Source: a virus
Taxonomy: Duplodnaviria; Caudoviricetes
Length of the DNA stretch: 51,467 nucleotides
IMG/VR virus record: IMGVR_UViG_3300032286_000658
Span: 1 to 51,467 of that record
Direction: 5' to 3' (one strand)
Shown here: piece after piece, positions 15,201 through 23,700 of the stretch
Position numbering within the stretch: position 1 is the stretch's first letter
Layout: every line of letters starts with the position of its first letter
Program-made: the position numbers and the translations under genes
Notes under the pieces: generated by a model
Told to the model about the DNA's origin: nothing
The model's input: the letters and a program-made list of their open reading frames with translations, nothing else
Databases searched by the model: none

Positions 15201-17733
15201 ACCTGGTGCCCTCAATTTTTCTATAGAAAGTCTTTTGCAATCATCTCTAGACAATGAGGAGGGTGCAATTTTCCGTTTCGGAGAATCTAATTCAAAAATT
15301 ACAGACAAGGGTGAAAAATCTAAAGTCATTATTGAAATACCAGATGATTTAGAGTCTTTGGTAGATTACGAAGATAATGATTCTCTTATAAATGAAGATT
15401 ACTACGGTTCGCCTATCGTCTCTTCTAATAGTGAAGTTAATGATTTTGTATCTAATTGGCAGGGATCTCACATGTCAGATTATTTATACACATATCCTCA
15501 AAAAATAACTGAAGAAGCCTATAAAGATGCTGTCAAACTAGGAATAGATGACCCAGAGCAGCAAGAAGACTATATTAACGGGGTAAGAAGGGCAGCAAGT
15601 AATTATGTCAACTACCGCAATCTTATGGTGCAGAGACAGTTACTTGAAGATATGGCTGAAGAGTTCCCTGAGGATGAGGACATAGCTGAGGCATTAGAGC
15701 TGGTAAAAAGATCTGATGAAGCGGCAGAATACTTTGCAGAAAAAATGAAGGAAGCCGTCCCCGTGGTTGCCATAGGCACGGATGATCTTTGGGATGTTCT
15801 AAAAAATGGTAGGTTCTTAAGTCAGTTTGAGACAGGCACTAGTAGTGGAATCTATGACCCAAGCCACAGAGCTAAAAGAGAGTTAGCAATTTCCGGTATT
15901 CCAATAAATGAGGATCCGGAAAAGCGGCCTATCTATGGGTTCCTATCTTTACCTGTCGACGATAGACCTAGTGGGTTTATTGCAAATGAGGCAAAAGCTC
16001 TACAAATTTCTAGTCAAAATGTTGATGCTTATGGGCTAATGAGGGCAGTTCTTAAACCTTCTGTTAAAGATAGAACAACTTTTACAATGCGGGATTCTTT
16101 AACAGGGGAAATAGAAAGTGCAAGGCCGGTTAACGGGGCCACTGCCGATGATATTAATAGAGCTTCTTTTGCAAAAGACCCAGATGAGCTTTTACAGACT
16201 AGAAATTATTCTGGAGCTATATATGACCCGGAGTACATTGAGGCTCAGATGCACGGTGGATTGGCTGCTTCAGATATAGAAAAAATTATTATTATGGACA
16301 GATCTAAGTATGAGGGTAGTTCTGCTATGAAGAAATTAGCTCGGGATACTGAAAAACTTATTGCTGAACTAGGTTTAGATATATCTGTAGAAATAATGCA
16401 TAGCCCTCCTTCTACAATCTCCTTTGGCGATGAAGATGAAGATGAGACGGAAGCCGATTTAGAGATAGACCCTACTCCAGAAGAAGAAGAAGAAGAAGAA
16501 GTAGAGGTAGAGGCAGAAAAGCCGAGCATTAAATCGGATCTAACTTTCTCTACAGACGATATGATCCAAAAATATATGACTCCTGACGATGGCATGTATG
16601 TACGAATGGGTGACACTGTAAATTATTATGATCCATCGACTGGCAAGGCTGAGGAAATTAAGATAGAAACCAGTGATGATCTTAAAAAGATTAATGCTGA
16701 TCTAGGTTATTCCCAGTATTCAAAAGACTATGTTGAAGAAACACTTTTAGGTTCGCCTCAGGCAGTTAAGGACTTCTACAAGGAATGGTACAAAAATAAT
16801 CCTAGTAGAGAAGTCTACATGAACAAAAAAGCTTTAAATTCTAAGATAGAGGAAGATTCTAAAAAACTTGGTCTAAGTGAAGTTGATAGGCTCGCTTGGG
16901 TAGAGGCTACGTACGATGCCGTAGGTTCGTATGCAGAGTATGAAAATAGAAAAGCACTCAGTGACTTATTCATAGACCTTGAAGAAGCAATCCCTGGAGG
17001 GAGCGAACTTAGTAAGAATGCAGTTACTGATAGGGAAGCAGCTAAGATTTTTGCTAAAGAGATAAAAAATGCTAAACCTGTGGTTTCTGTCTATTTTAGT
17101 TATTTAGATACTATTTTTAAAGATGGAAGATTAAAAACTCAGTTTGAAACTGGTAAATCTCAGGGTATGTATGACCCATTATTTAGAGCTAAAAGGGAAA
17201 TGACAGCTTTTGGTGTTCCACTGGATACGGATCCTACTTCAAGACCAATATACGGCTACTTAGCATTTCCAGAAAGTGTAGATTTTGGTAGATCTGTAGT
17301 TAGGCCAGATAACTACAAACTTACAACTACTAGCGTTAGCCAATATGGCGATGTTAGGCTTGTTTTGAAAGATTCAACTAAAACAAAAACTACCTTTACT
17401 ATGCAGGATTCATTAGCTAATATTCTGCGAAATGGTAAAAAACTGTCGGAAGATATCGATGAAGAATCGATTTTACAGGCAGGGCTATTAAGAACTCCTA
17501 CTGATTCAAATTATCCTTTTGAGTCTGGCTACGTGGAAGCTCAAATTCATAATGGCGTGACTTTAGATGACATTGAAAAAATTGTTATTCCGTACACTAA
17601 TATTACTGATTCAGTTTACACTTTCAAGCACATGACTAAAGAAGCCGCTGAAGCAAGGCTTGCAGGTTTGAAAGAATTAATGGTAAAGTATGGTATAGCA
17701 ATACCGATCGAACTAGTAGATGGAGATATATAA
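12274..17733 (+). CDS. polyvalent effector: shared N-domain, ART-like domain, HipA/PI3-4-kinase-like domain, VIP2-like ADP-ribosyltransferase, two DUF3626-like domains
   Basis: Kinase GSNPGG..YYVK..NERLA..DAWIANWD..RLDAGG (~13880-14575); VIP2 YT..Y..IN..LR, R, STT, EGEVLLP (~14670-15165); duplicated GR..SQFETG.S.G...RPIYG.L..YG...YIEAQ.H.G (~15750-16300 and ~17060-17600). Confidence 0.8.
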   Translation: MSNYLREVLGAEKTLNSNQPQGLVADIGPDLPGGEGANEGFWRQQLRDRLGQFAKMLGTVLFDMEIEGLGRVTGHGELIKIVRPQVGVVRIKNHPVLPDGDYEVPGDNLEAIDALIKDKDYERVTGKTLPKSKSSELKDKLTGSEAQARKMSTVYKNLKDEGRFPVPRQTTIDHWGIDSDIAKGAKKDYGLVYDKLKDEDPSWSQKYPTFDDFWERVRQLSVGQTSQSPNELSKIPQEMKDINKAYAEEVLGLRPDGLITFYRNATNRKITPEDSALGYVTTNADFAYDYNSQASNESGNGRYEIDAKPDEVFGMLGYSQLEDEFGVTVGRGVTSQPGRVRRVGDLEQPKLAPWLEKYQDGVGRSTGGTPYRHFALAGQFDLFPVDPLGDSVGEFVEKHGKTVDDIKAKFDELHGQGAYDEYKLSGNALSFAIAKNMFVNLGNGKFGFDITKIDGSKGGNLAPAGYGDGDPATFKNDKLDTTLKMLSVLQELSGQPFMVHRDHPKDDPRLQEASDEVTPEVVPSPVETEKTEDSLDFSNFEKTSDRLGSNPGGVYKDPATGKQYYVKIQDKDRGNNERLASAIYKEAGLGSLEVKDGTLDGNPITYTEWKEDLIPLFGSQSDKLNFTERQEALDTARDGYLIDAWIANWDIVGEGNDNISADKDGNPVRLDAGGALLYRARGSKKGDSFGNEVIELDTFKNPSNSAELMYGNMYLFPRAERESYEKLKAISSERIDELVDQYISNPDDNKELKDKLKARRQFILDKYEGSTLLTGRESLLYGSKTTQNILKEDKKEVTSYTNAGYRFINRHLREPENPDYQRYKDQADKLNDIISANTLTEDTTLIRVTRNFDEDFEPGDIIEDAAIQSTTKAGRSAIHSTVMDKLYSGEALGSDAVEFLGYTTYTIKAPAGSSALDVTEMSQFRNEGEVLLPAGTKFKVISYERKPMQEPYLGSYRNIEVEVVEAAESVESTPDLPGALNFSIESLLQSSLDNEEGAIFRFGESNSKITDKGEKSKVIIEIPDDLESLVDYEDNDSLINEDYYGSPIVSSNSEVNDFVSNWQGSHMSDYLYTYPQKITEEAYKDAVKLGIDDPEQQEDYINGVRRAASNYVNYRNLMVQRQLLEDMAEEFPEDEDIAEALELVKRSDEAAEYFAEKMKEAVPVVAIGTDDLWDVLKNGRFLSQFETGTSSGIYDPSHRAKRELAISGIPINEDPEKRPIYGFLSLPVDDRPSGFIANEAKALQISSQNVDAYGLMRAVLKPSVKDRTTFTMRDSLTGEIESARPVNGATADDINRASFAKDPDELLQTRNYSGAIYDPEYIEAQMHGGLAASDIEKIIIMDRSKYEGSSAMKKLARDTEKLIAELGLDISVEIMHSPPSTISFGDEDEDETEADLEIDPTPEEEEEEEVEVEAEKPSIKSDLTFSTDDMIQKYMTPDDGMYVRMGDTVNYYDPSTGKAEEIKIETSDDLKKINADLGYSQYSKDYVEETLLGSPQAVKDFYKEWYKNNPSREVYMNKKALNSKIEEDSKKLGLSEVDRLAWVEATYDAVGSYAEYENRKALSDLFIDLEEAIPGGSELSKNAVTDREAAKIFAKEIKNAKPVVSVYFSYLDTIFKDGRLKTQFETGKSQGMYDPLFRAKREMTAFGVPLDTDPTSRPIYGYLAFPESVDFGRSVVRPDNYKLTTTSVSQYGDVRLVLKDSTKTKTTFTMQDSLANILRNGKKLSEDIDEESILQAGLLRTPTDSNYPFESGYVEAQIHNGVTLDDIEKIVIPYTNITDSVYTFKHMTKEAAEARLAGLKELMVKYGIAIPIELVDGDI

Positions 17734-17921
17734 TGGAACCAAAAAAAGGAACTATACTATATAAAAATGATAGTGGTTCTTTGATTATACATGACGGGAA
17801 AGATGAAAGAAACGAGTATCTTGCCCACGTAAGAACCGCAGAGGGTTATGATTTTCCTGTCCAGATGCTAGGTAGCATCTTAGCCAGGGGCTACTGGGAA
17901 GCCGTCTATATTCCAGAATAA
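17733..17921 (+). CDS. small protein coupled to the ART polyvalent gene (candidate immunity/partner)
   Basis: 62 aa; TAATG overlap; GGAG SD; function inferred from position only. Confidence 0.7.
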   Translation: MEPKKGTILYKNDSGSLIIHDGKDERNEYLAHVRTAEGYDFPVQMLGSILARGYWEAVYIPE

Positions 17922-17943
17922 AACAATGAGGTATAATAATTAG

Positions 17944-19791
17944 ATGGTCGAAGAACAGAAAAAACAACAACCTAAACCTAATACGCAAAAAAGCAATTTA
18001 GGAGAACGTATGAGCGACGTTTCTGGTATGCGCGTCTTTAGAGATGGTAAATGGATTGCACTTTCTGAAGTGGCTACTCTCAAGAAAAAGACAATAACTG
18101 CATCCAGTTACTTTGATTCAGTTGTCAAGCCGACTATTCCAGTTATTGTATCAGATGCATCTTCTGAAGACAAATGCCCTCCAGCTACTCAGGATATTGG
18201 CATAAATCTTGCTAATCGCGAGAAAGCAATTACAACAGCTGCTTATGGTCCACTAAATCCTAAAGAGCCTAACGAAGAGTTCTGGGCAGAGAAAGCTAAG
18301 CGCTGGTCTGTTGATGTTACAGAAGCAAAGAAAAGCGTTTGTGGTAACTGTGTAATGTTTGTCCGCACTCCAAAAATTCTTGACTGCATCGAAACTGGCC
18401 TAGCTGCGGGGGACTCAAGTGCATCAAATGCCTGGGATGCGATTGATCAAGCAGAGCTAGGCTACTGCGAGGCATTTGATTTTAAATGTGCGGCCTCAAG
18501 AACTTGCTCCGCCTGGGTTGTTGGTGGACCAATTACTGAAGATAAGCCAGCAATTACCTCGGCTGGAGTACTTGTCCCAGAGGAGCGAGATTTAGCAAGA
18601 GCTTTGCGTGTCATTGTTAAACAGCATGGTAAATTTAATGAGGACAATACTGGCGTTTGGGCTGGCTACGACTCTGCAGAAAAGAACGCAGAAAATGCTG
18701 CCATTGGCGTAAAGTGTGGTAACTGTGTATTCTGGGAAGCACCTAATGGCTGCGAGATTATTTCCCATGAAACTGAAGAGGGCGGCCTATGCCGCTTTGC
18801 TGTTCTTCCAGACGGGGCAGTTACCCCAGAAAAAGTTTTCTCTAAAACTCCTAATCTAATCCAAGAAAAACTCAAGGAAAAGATTTACGACATGGGTGAC
18901 AACTACACTGAAGAGTCTGTAAACATCTCTGACTTAATCCCAACCCAAGACTACTTAGACCCAATCAAGATGAAAGGTGCTGGCGATAATACAAAGCTAA
19001 TCACTGTTTATCTAGATGACGAGGGTCTAAAGCTAGTAGATGGTCATCATAGATGCGTTTCTAAAATTATGAGTGGCCAAAACGAGATCATGGCCAAGGT
19101 ATACAGAGGTCCTCTAGTAGCAACTGCCGGTTCTAAACCGGCCCCGAAGAAAGACCAAATCAAAGGCTCTAGTAAGAACGCTAAGGGTTCCGCTTCTGGC
19201 TCAAAGACGGTTAACTTTTCAAAGAAGGTAGAAGAGTCACTTTCTAATAAAGTTAAGGAGCACAACGAGAAGTCTGATCGTAAGGCTAGCTTGCGTATGC
19301 TAAAAGCTGTTTATCGTCGTGGAGCAGGAGCCTTCTCCTCCTCCCACCGTCCGGATCAGAATCGAAACTCTTGGGCAATGGGTCGTGTAAACGCGTTCCT
19401 CCATCTCCTCAAGTCTGGTTCCCCAAAGAACAGCAAGTACACTACTGACAACGACTTACTTCCAGCTTCTCACCCTAAGTCTTCTAAAAAGTCAGTAAGG
19501 GCGTCTGGGGAGTCTTTCCCGGGTGATGAGACTAGAACCGAAGTTTACGAGTACGACTACTCAGGCGAGTTGACCATAGTGCTATTACCGGAAACAGAGT
19601 ATACTAGTAAGGAGCAAGCTATTTTTGCCTTAGCCGAGTATTCTGGTGCTGGATATGAAGTTATTCCAGCCCTAAATGCAGCTTGGATTAGAGGCGAATT
19701 AGCTAGCGAAAGCCCGTTCGAACGAGCAAAAGAACTTGCAATATCTCTGCACGATGGCCGAGATGCTGAATTACTTCCTAAGGAGTTTTAA
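17944..19791 (+). CDS. mosaic protein: two Cys-rich domains, ParB/Srx-like domain, basic domain
   Basis: CGNC...C...GYC...KC...TC..W; CGNCVFW...C...GGLCRF; LIPTQ...LVDGHHR; LKAVYRRG.GAF...HRP...WAMGRVN.F. Confidence 0.75.
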   Translation: MVEEQKKQQPKPNTQKSNLGERMSDVSGMRVFRDGKWIALSEVATLKKKTITASSYFDSVVKPTIPVIVSDASSEDKCPPATQDIGINLANREKAITTAAYGPLNPKEPNEEFWAEKAKRWSVDVTEAKKSVCGNCVMFVRTPKILDCIETGLAAGDSSASNAWDAIDQAELGYCEAFDFKCAASRTCSAWVVGGPITEDKPAITSAGVLVPEERDLARALRVIVKQHGKFNEDNTGVWAGYDSAEKNAENAAIGVKCGNCVFWEAPNGCEIISHETEEGGLCRFAVLPDGAVTPEKVFSKTPNLIQEKLKEKIYDMGDNYTEESVNISDLIPTQDYLDPIKMKGAGDNTKLITVYLDDEGLKLVDGHHRCVSKIMSGQNEIMAKVYRGPLVATAGSKPAPKKDQIKGSSKNAKGSASGSKTVNFSKKVEESLSNKVKEHNEKSDRKASLRMLKAVYRRGAGAFSSSHRPDQNRNSWAMGRVNAFLHLLKSGSPKNSKYTTDNDLLPASHPKSSKKSVRASGESFPGDETRTEVYEYDYSGELTIVLLPETEYTSKEQAIFALAEYSGAGYEVIPALNAAWIRGELASESPFERAKELAISLHDGRDAELLPKEF

Positions 19792-20612
19792 TGTCAAATT
19801 TAGATTTCACCTCTAAATTTCACCAGCGCGTATCAATGCTTTTTGGTCCTGAAAAAGCCAATGAAATCATAGAAGAGTTCGACAACCTAGACCCTAGGGA
19901 AGCAAATATATTCTATAGAGCGTTTACTGCAAATCCAGGAACTACAGAGCATCTGCACGCAGTTACTAGAGTTAAGTCGCTAGTCGCGTCTGGCTTTGTT
20001 TCGGATGAGCTAGCCAGCCTTGCAAACGAGGACTCTGTCTCCACGGCAGTAAAGAATGCAGACTACGATTACATTTTGTCTAGGGATGCACTATTGGGTG
20101 CTATTGATGACCAAAAGGTTAATAGCGACGTTCTAAAGAACCCATATGACGAAGATGGTCTTCTGTCTCGCATGGTTATTCGCGGAAACACTAAGCAAGA
20201 AATTCTAGACTACATAAATGGTAAGACTTTCTTCCAAGCTAATAAAGAACTTGCTGAAGCAGGCGTAACTGAAGAGACAACTTTAGCCGACCAGCAAGCA
20301 ATCCTTAGATTCAATGATTTGATGGATGCCCTCAACAGCTTAGAGGACCCAATCGAGCCTGTTGATTTTAAAGCTATTGCGAAAGAAATGATTGCTCCTT
20401 ATGATGATGGCGGCCAGGTTGCTGAACTTATTGATGGCGGTTCTTCGTCAGATAAAATTTTAGAGGCTATGTCAGAAAATGAAAAATGGTCTGACGATTT
20501 GTATAGTTACATAACTAAATCTGACGTAGATCGTAGCACTTTAGGTCAAAGACAAAAGTGGGCTAAGACAGAAGAAACTTTATACTCCCTAAAAGACCTA
20601 GACAGTCTATAA
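19791..20612 (+). CDS. acidic hypothetical protein
   Basis: 273 aa; TAATG coupling; AAGGAG SD. Confidence 0.8.
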   Translation: MSNLDFTSKFHQRVSMLFGPEKANEIIEEFDNLDPREANIFYRAFTANPGTTEHLHAVTRVKSLVASGFVSDELASLANEDSVSTAVKNADYDYILSRDALLGAIDDQKVNSDVLKNPYDEDGLLSRMVIRGNTKQEILDYINGKTFFQANKELAEAGVTEETTLADQQAILRFNDLMDALNSLEDPIEPVDFKAIAKEMIAPYDDGGQVAELIDGGSSSDKILEAMSENEKWSDDLYSYITKSDVDRSTLGQRQKWAKTEETLYSLKDLDSL

Positions 20613-20710
20613 GCTTCAAATCATACCCCCCAAACAACGTGTAAAATTGCTAGTAGAAACTGTACTAGATAATTAGAATTCTGCTCCTACTAAGAAGGAC
20701 TCAAACTTAG

Positions 20711-23700
20711 ATGTTAGAAAAACTCATCGCCCTACTGGCTGCCTTCGGAACTGGTGCAAACAAAGGTTTCTGGGTTGTCCAGCCACGTGACGATGAGGGT
20801 CGCTGGATGGAGATGGGCCGCGGAAGCCTAACATTCTTCAGACTTGCTGATGGGTCAATTGTTGAAGCCGTTGGTACTTTCATTGGTGGTACTGGTCGTC
20901 TAGGTAATGGTGCGGTTCTTATTAAGGGCCACGACTTCTTGCCGGATGGCGTCTACGAACTTACATCTAAAATGATGCACCGAGTTGATGCTTTTATTCC
21001 AGAGAGCGTTCTAAAGCGTCAGGGTATTAAAAAGAGCAGTGTTGTTACAGACATGTCTAAGATTGCTGGCAAGACTATTGCCGACCTACCTAGCACTCCT
21101 CGCCGTGACATCACTCCTGATGATGAGCGTATTGCAGCTGGAGACCTTACTCCTGAAGAAAAGGCAAACATCGAAGAGGGTCGAGCTAATTCCCCTCTAG
21201 CAGACCTACCTGCAGGTTATGAAGTTGACAATCCTGCTGAAGTAGAGCAGATGCTTAAGGATGCTGGCGTCGACCTAGAGGGTGCTGCTCAGGTTGGTGA
21301 AGAAAAGTCCGGCTTTAAGAAGCCAGCGGAGCCTGCGGCCCCAGCGGTGGTTGAAGTACCTAGTGCAGCTAAAAAAGAATCTAAGTTAGATGAATATTCT
21401 CAGATGTTGGTTGATGACCTATTTAAAAGAGAAGAAGGTAAAACTCCTGCTCAGGTAAATAGAACCATTAAAGCTTTATACAATCAGATGGCTAAAAATG
21501 GAGAAAACGACGCATCTAAAGAACTACTTGGCCGCCTAAACAAGCTTGTAGAAGATAAAGGTGGAAAGCCTTATGTCCCTGAAGTTGCTCCTGAAGGCTA
21601 CTTTAAGCGTGGACAGAAATCTGTCGGTGACTATAGCGTTGGCGATAAGGCTGCCTTCTTCAATGACATTTTAGAAGAAGTTGAACCTTTAACCGTAGTT
21701 GGCAAGGAAAAAGACTCCCTTGGCCAAGATGTATTACAAGTTAAATTTGATGGTGATGATAAGGTCTATACCGCACGTGCGGACGAACTACAGCCTTTTG
21801 ACTCTTTTGCAATGGATAGCCCAGAACTTGCGTCCAAAATGGGTCCCATTGGAAATGTAGATTCTGTTGCAGAAAAAGCAGTACAGGATGCCATGGACGG
21901 CAAGCCTGTAGATGTCGACAATCTAATTAAACTTGGTGCCCCTATCACCCCTGGTAAGGGGGCAGAGTTCTTCGAGGACCCTGAGCAACCTGAAGGCAAT
22001 AAACCAGAACCAAAGGCACCTGCTGCTAAGAAGCCTGCAGCAAAGAAGCCTGCAACTACTCCTTCAAACACCCCCGTAACCCCTAGCGGCGGAGCATCAG
22101 AGAGCCTAAAACCTAAAAAACAGGAACCTATTAGTATTGAAGAACTTGCTGCTTTAGCTAAGCCGGAAGAGTATGAAAAGTATTTCGGTTTTGTCCCTAG
22201 CGAAGAGCAGACCAATATCCTTAACGCTATTCTTATTGCAAAAAAGAATACAGCAGTACGTGCTGGTGCTGGAGCCGGTAAGACTACTACTTCAGTTGGT
22301 CTAACTAATGCTTTAATGGAGATCGAGCCAGAGGCCCGTGTCGCTTTTCTTCAGTTGAACACAACTAACGCTGCAGAAGCTGCAAAACTTGTTCCTAAAA
22401 ACACAGTTGCTAAAACTGTAGATGCTTACTTTGGCCGCAAGCACCTTGTCAACATGGCTCAGGGGAAAACCGGAACAATTAAAGGCAAGGCTAACAAGCC
22501 ATTTATGGACCGTTACAGGTCAAAGAGTTTCTACCACATCGCTGGTGGAGAAAAATTAGCTAACCACTTCCTAATGGACGAAATGTCTATTGGTGGAGAA
22601 AACTACACTGCAGCTAAGGTTGCTTCGCTAGTTAGCAAAGCTGTAGATAGATACGCTAGAAGCACTGATGAAAAAATTGGCCCTCAGCACTTTAATGTAA
22701 AAACTAAAGCTAAAAAAGGCGAAACAGCTGAAGACGTAGAAATTGAAGCAGAAAAACTAAAAAAACTAGTTTCTTACGCTGAAGCTTACTGGGATGATCT
22801 GACTTATGTAAATACAAGTGATGACATAGTCGAAACTGGAGCTAAGACTAAAGCCGGTAAGCCAGTAATAAAGACTCTTAAAGGTGTAACAGTAATTAGC
22901 CCAACCCACGCATTTAAGATGTGGGCTCTAAGTAACCCGGATTTCTCTAAGCTACGTTCTCCTGATGGTAAACCAGTTACTCACATGGTTCTTGACGAGG
23001 CTCAGGACACAAACGTTGTATTTGAAAAAGTAATTAACGATAACTTGGCTCGTGGAACTGCACCAATAATTCTTATGGTCGGTGACCGTGCTCAAGGTAT
23101 TAACTCTTTCCGTGGTACTAAAGATGCACTTACAGATTTTGCTAACAATGTTGCGGGTGCATCGCTAACTCTAACTACAACTCGTCGTTTTGGTACAGAC
23201 TTACTACCACACGCAAATGGGTTCCTCAACCTGCTTGGCGAGGAGTATCGACTTAAAAGTGCTGTGGGCGGTGGAGAAATCCTACCTGACTCAGACTTTG
23301 CAAAGATTCCTGACTTTAAAAACAACACAGCTATACAGACTAGAACAAATGCTGAGGTTTTTAACCAGCTTGAGCAGTTAGATGAGGCTGGGTATACAGC
23401 TGGTGTAACTGACAGCATGTATAAGGACCTGACTAGTGCTATGGAGCATCTAGATTGGCTAGTTCAAGATTTTAATTCTCGTCCTGCAAATCCAAAGTTA
23501 TTTAGCGACGACTTTGTTGGCATGAGAAACCTAAAAGCTTTAATCACTGAAGCTGAGATAGACCCGCAGTCTAAAGCCGGCTATTGGTGGAGACTGATTC
23601 AAGAAGATCCAGAATCAAAGATTAAAAAATTAAAAGAATTAACTGAAAAGTTAATTGTTGAAAGAGAACAGATTGACATTGAATCTGTAACTAATCTTGA

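Noticed and set aside
16480-16500. (GAA)7 microsatellite as a phase-variation site
   Set aside because: In-frame triplet encoding an acidic linker; length change would not shift the frame.
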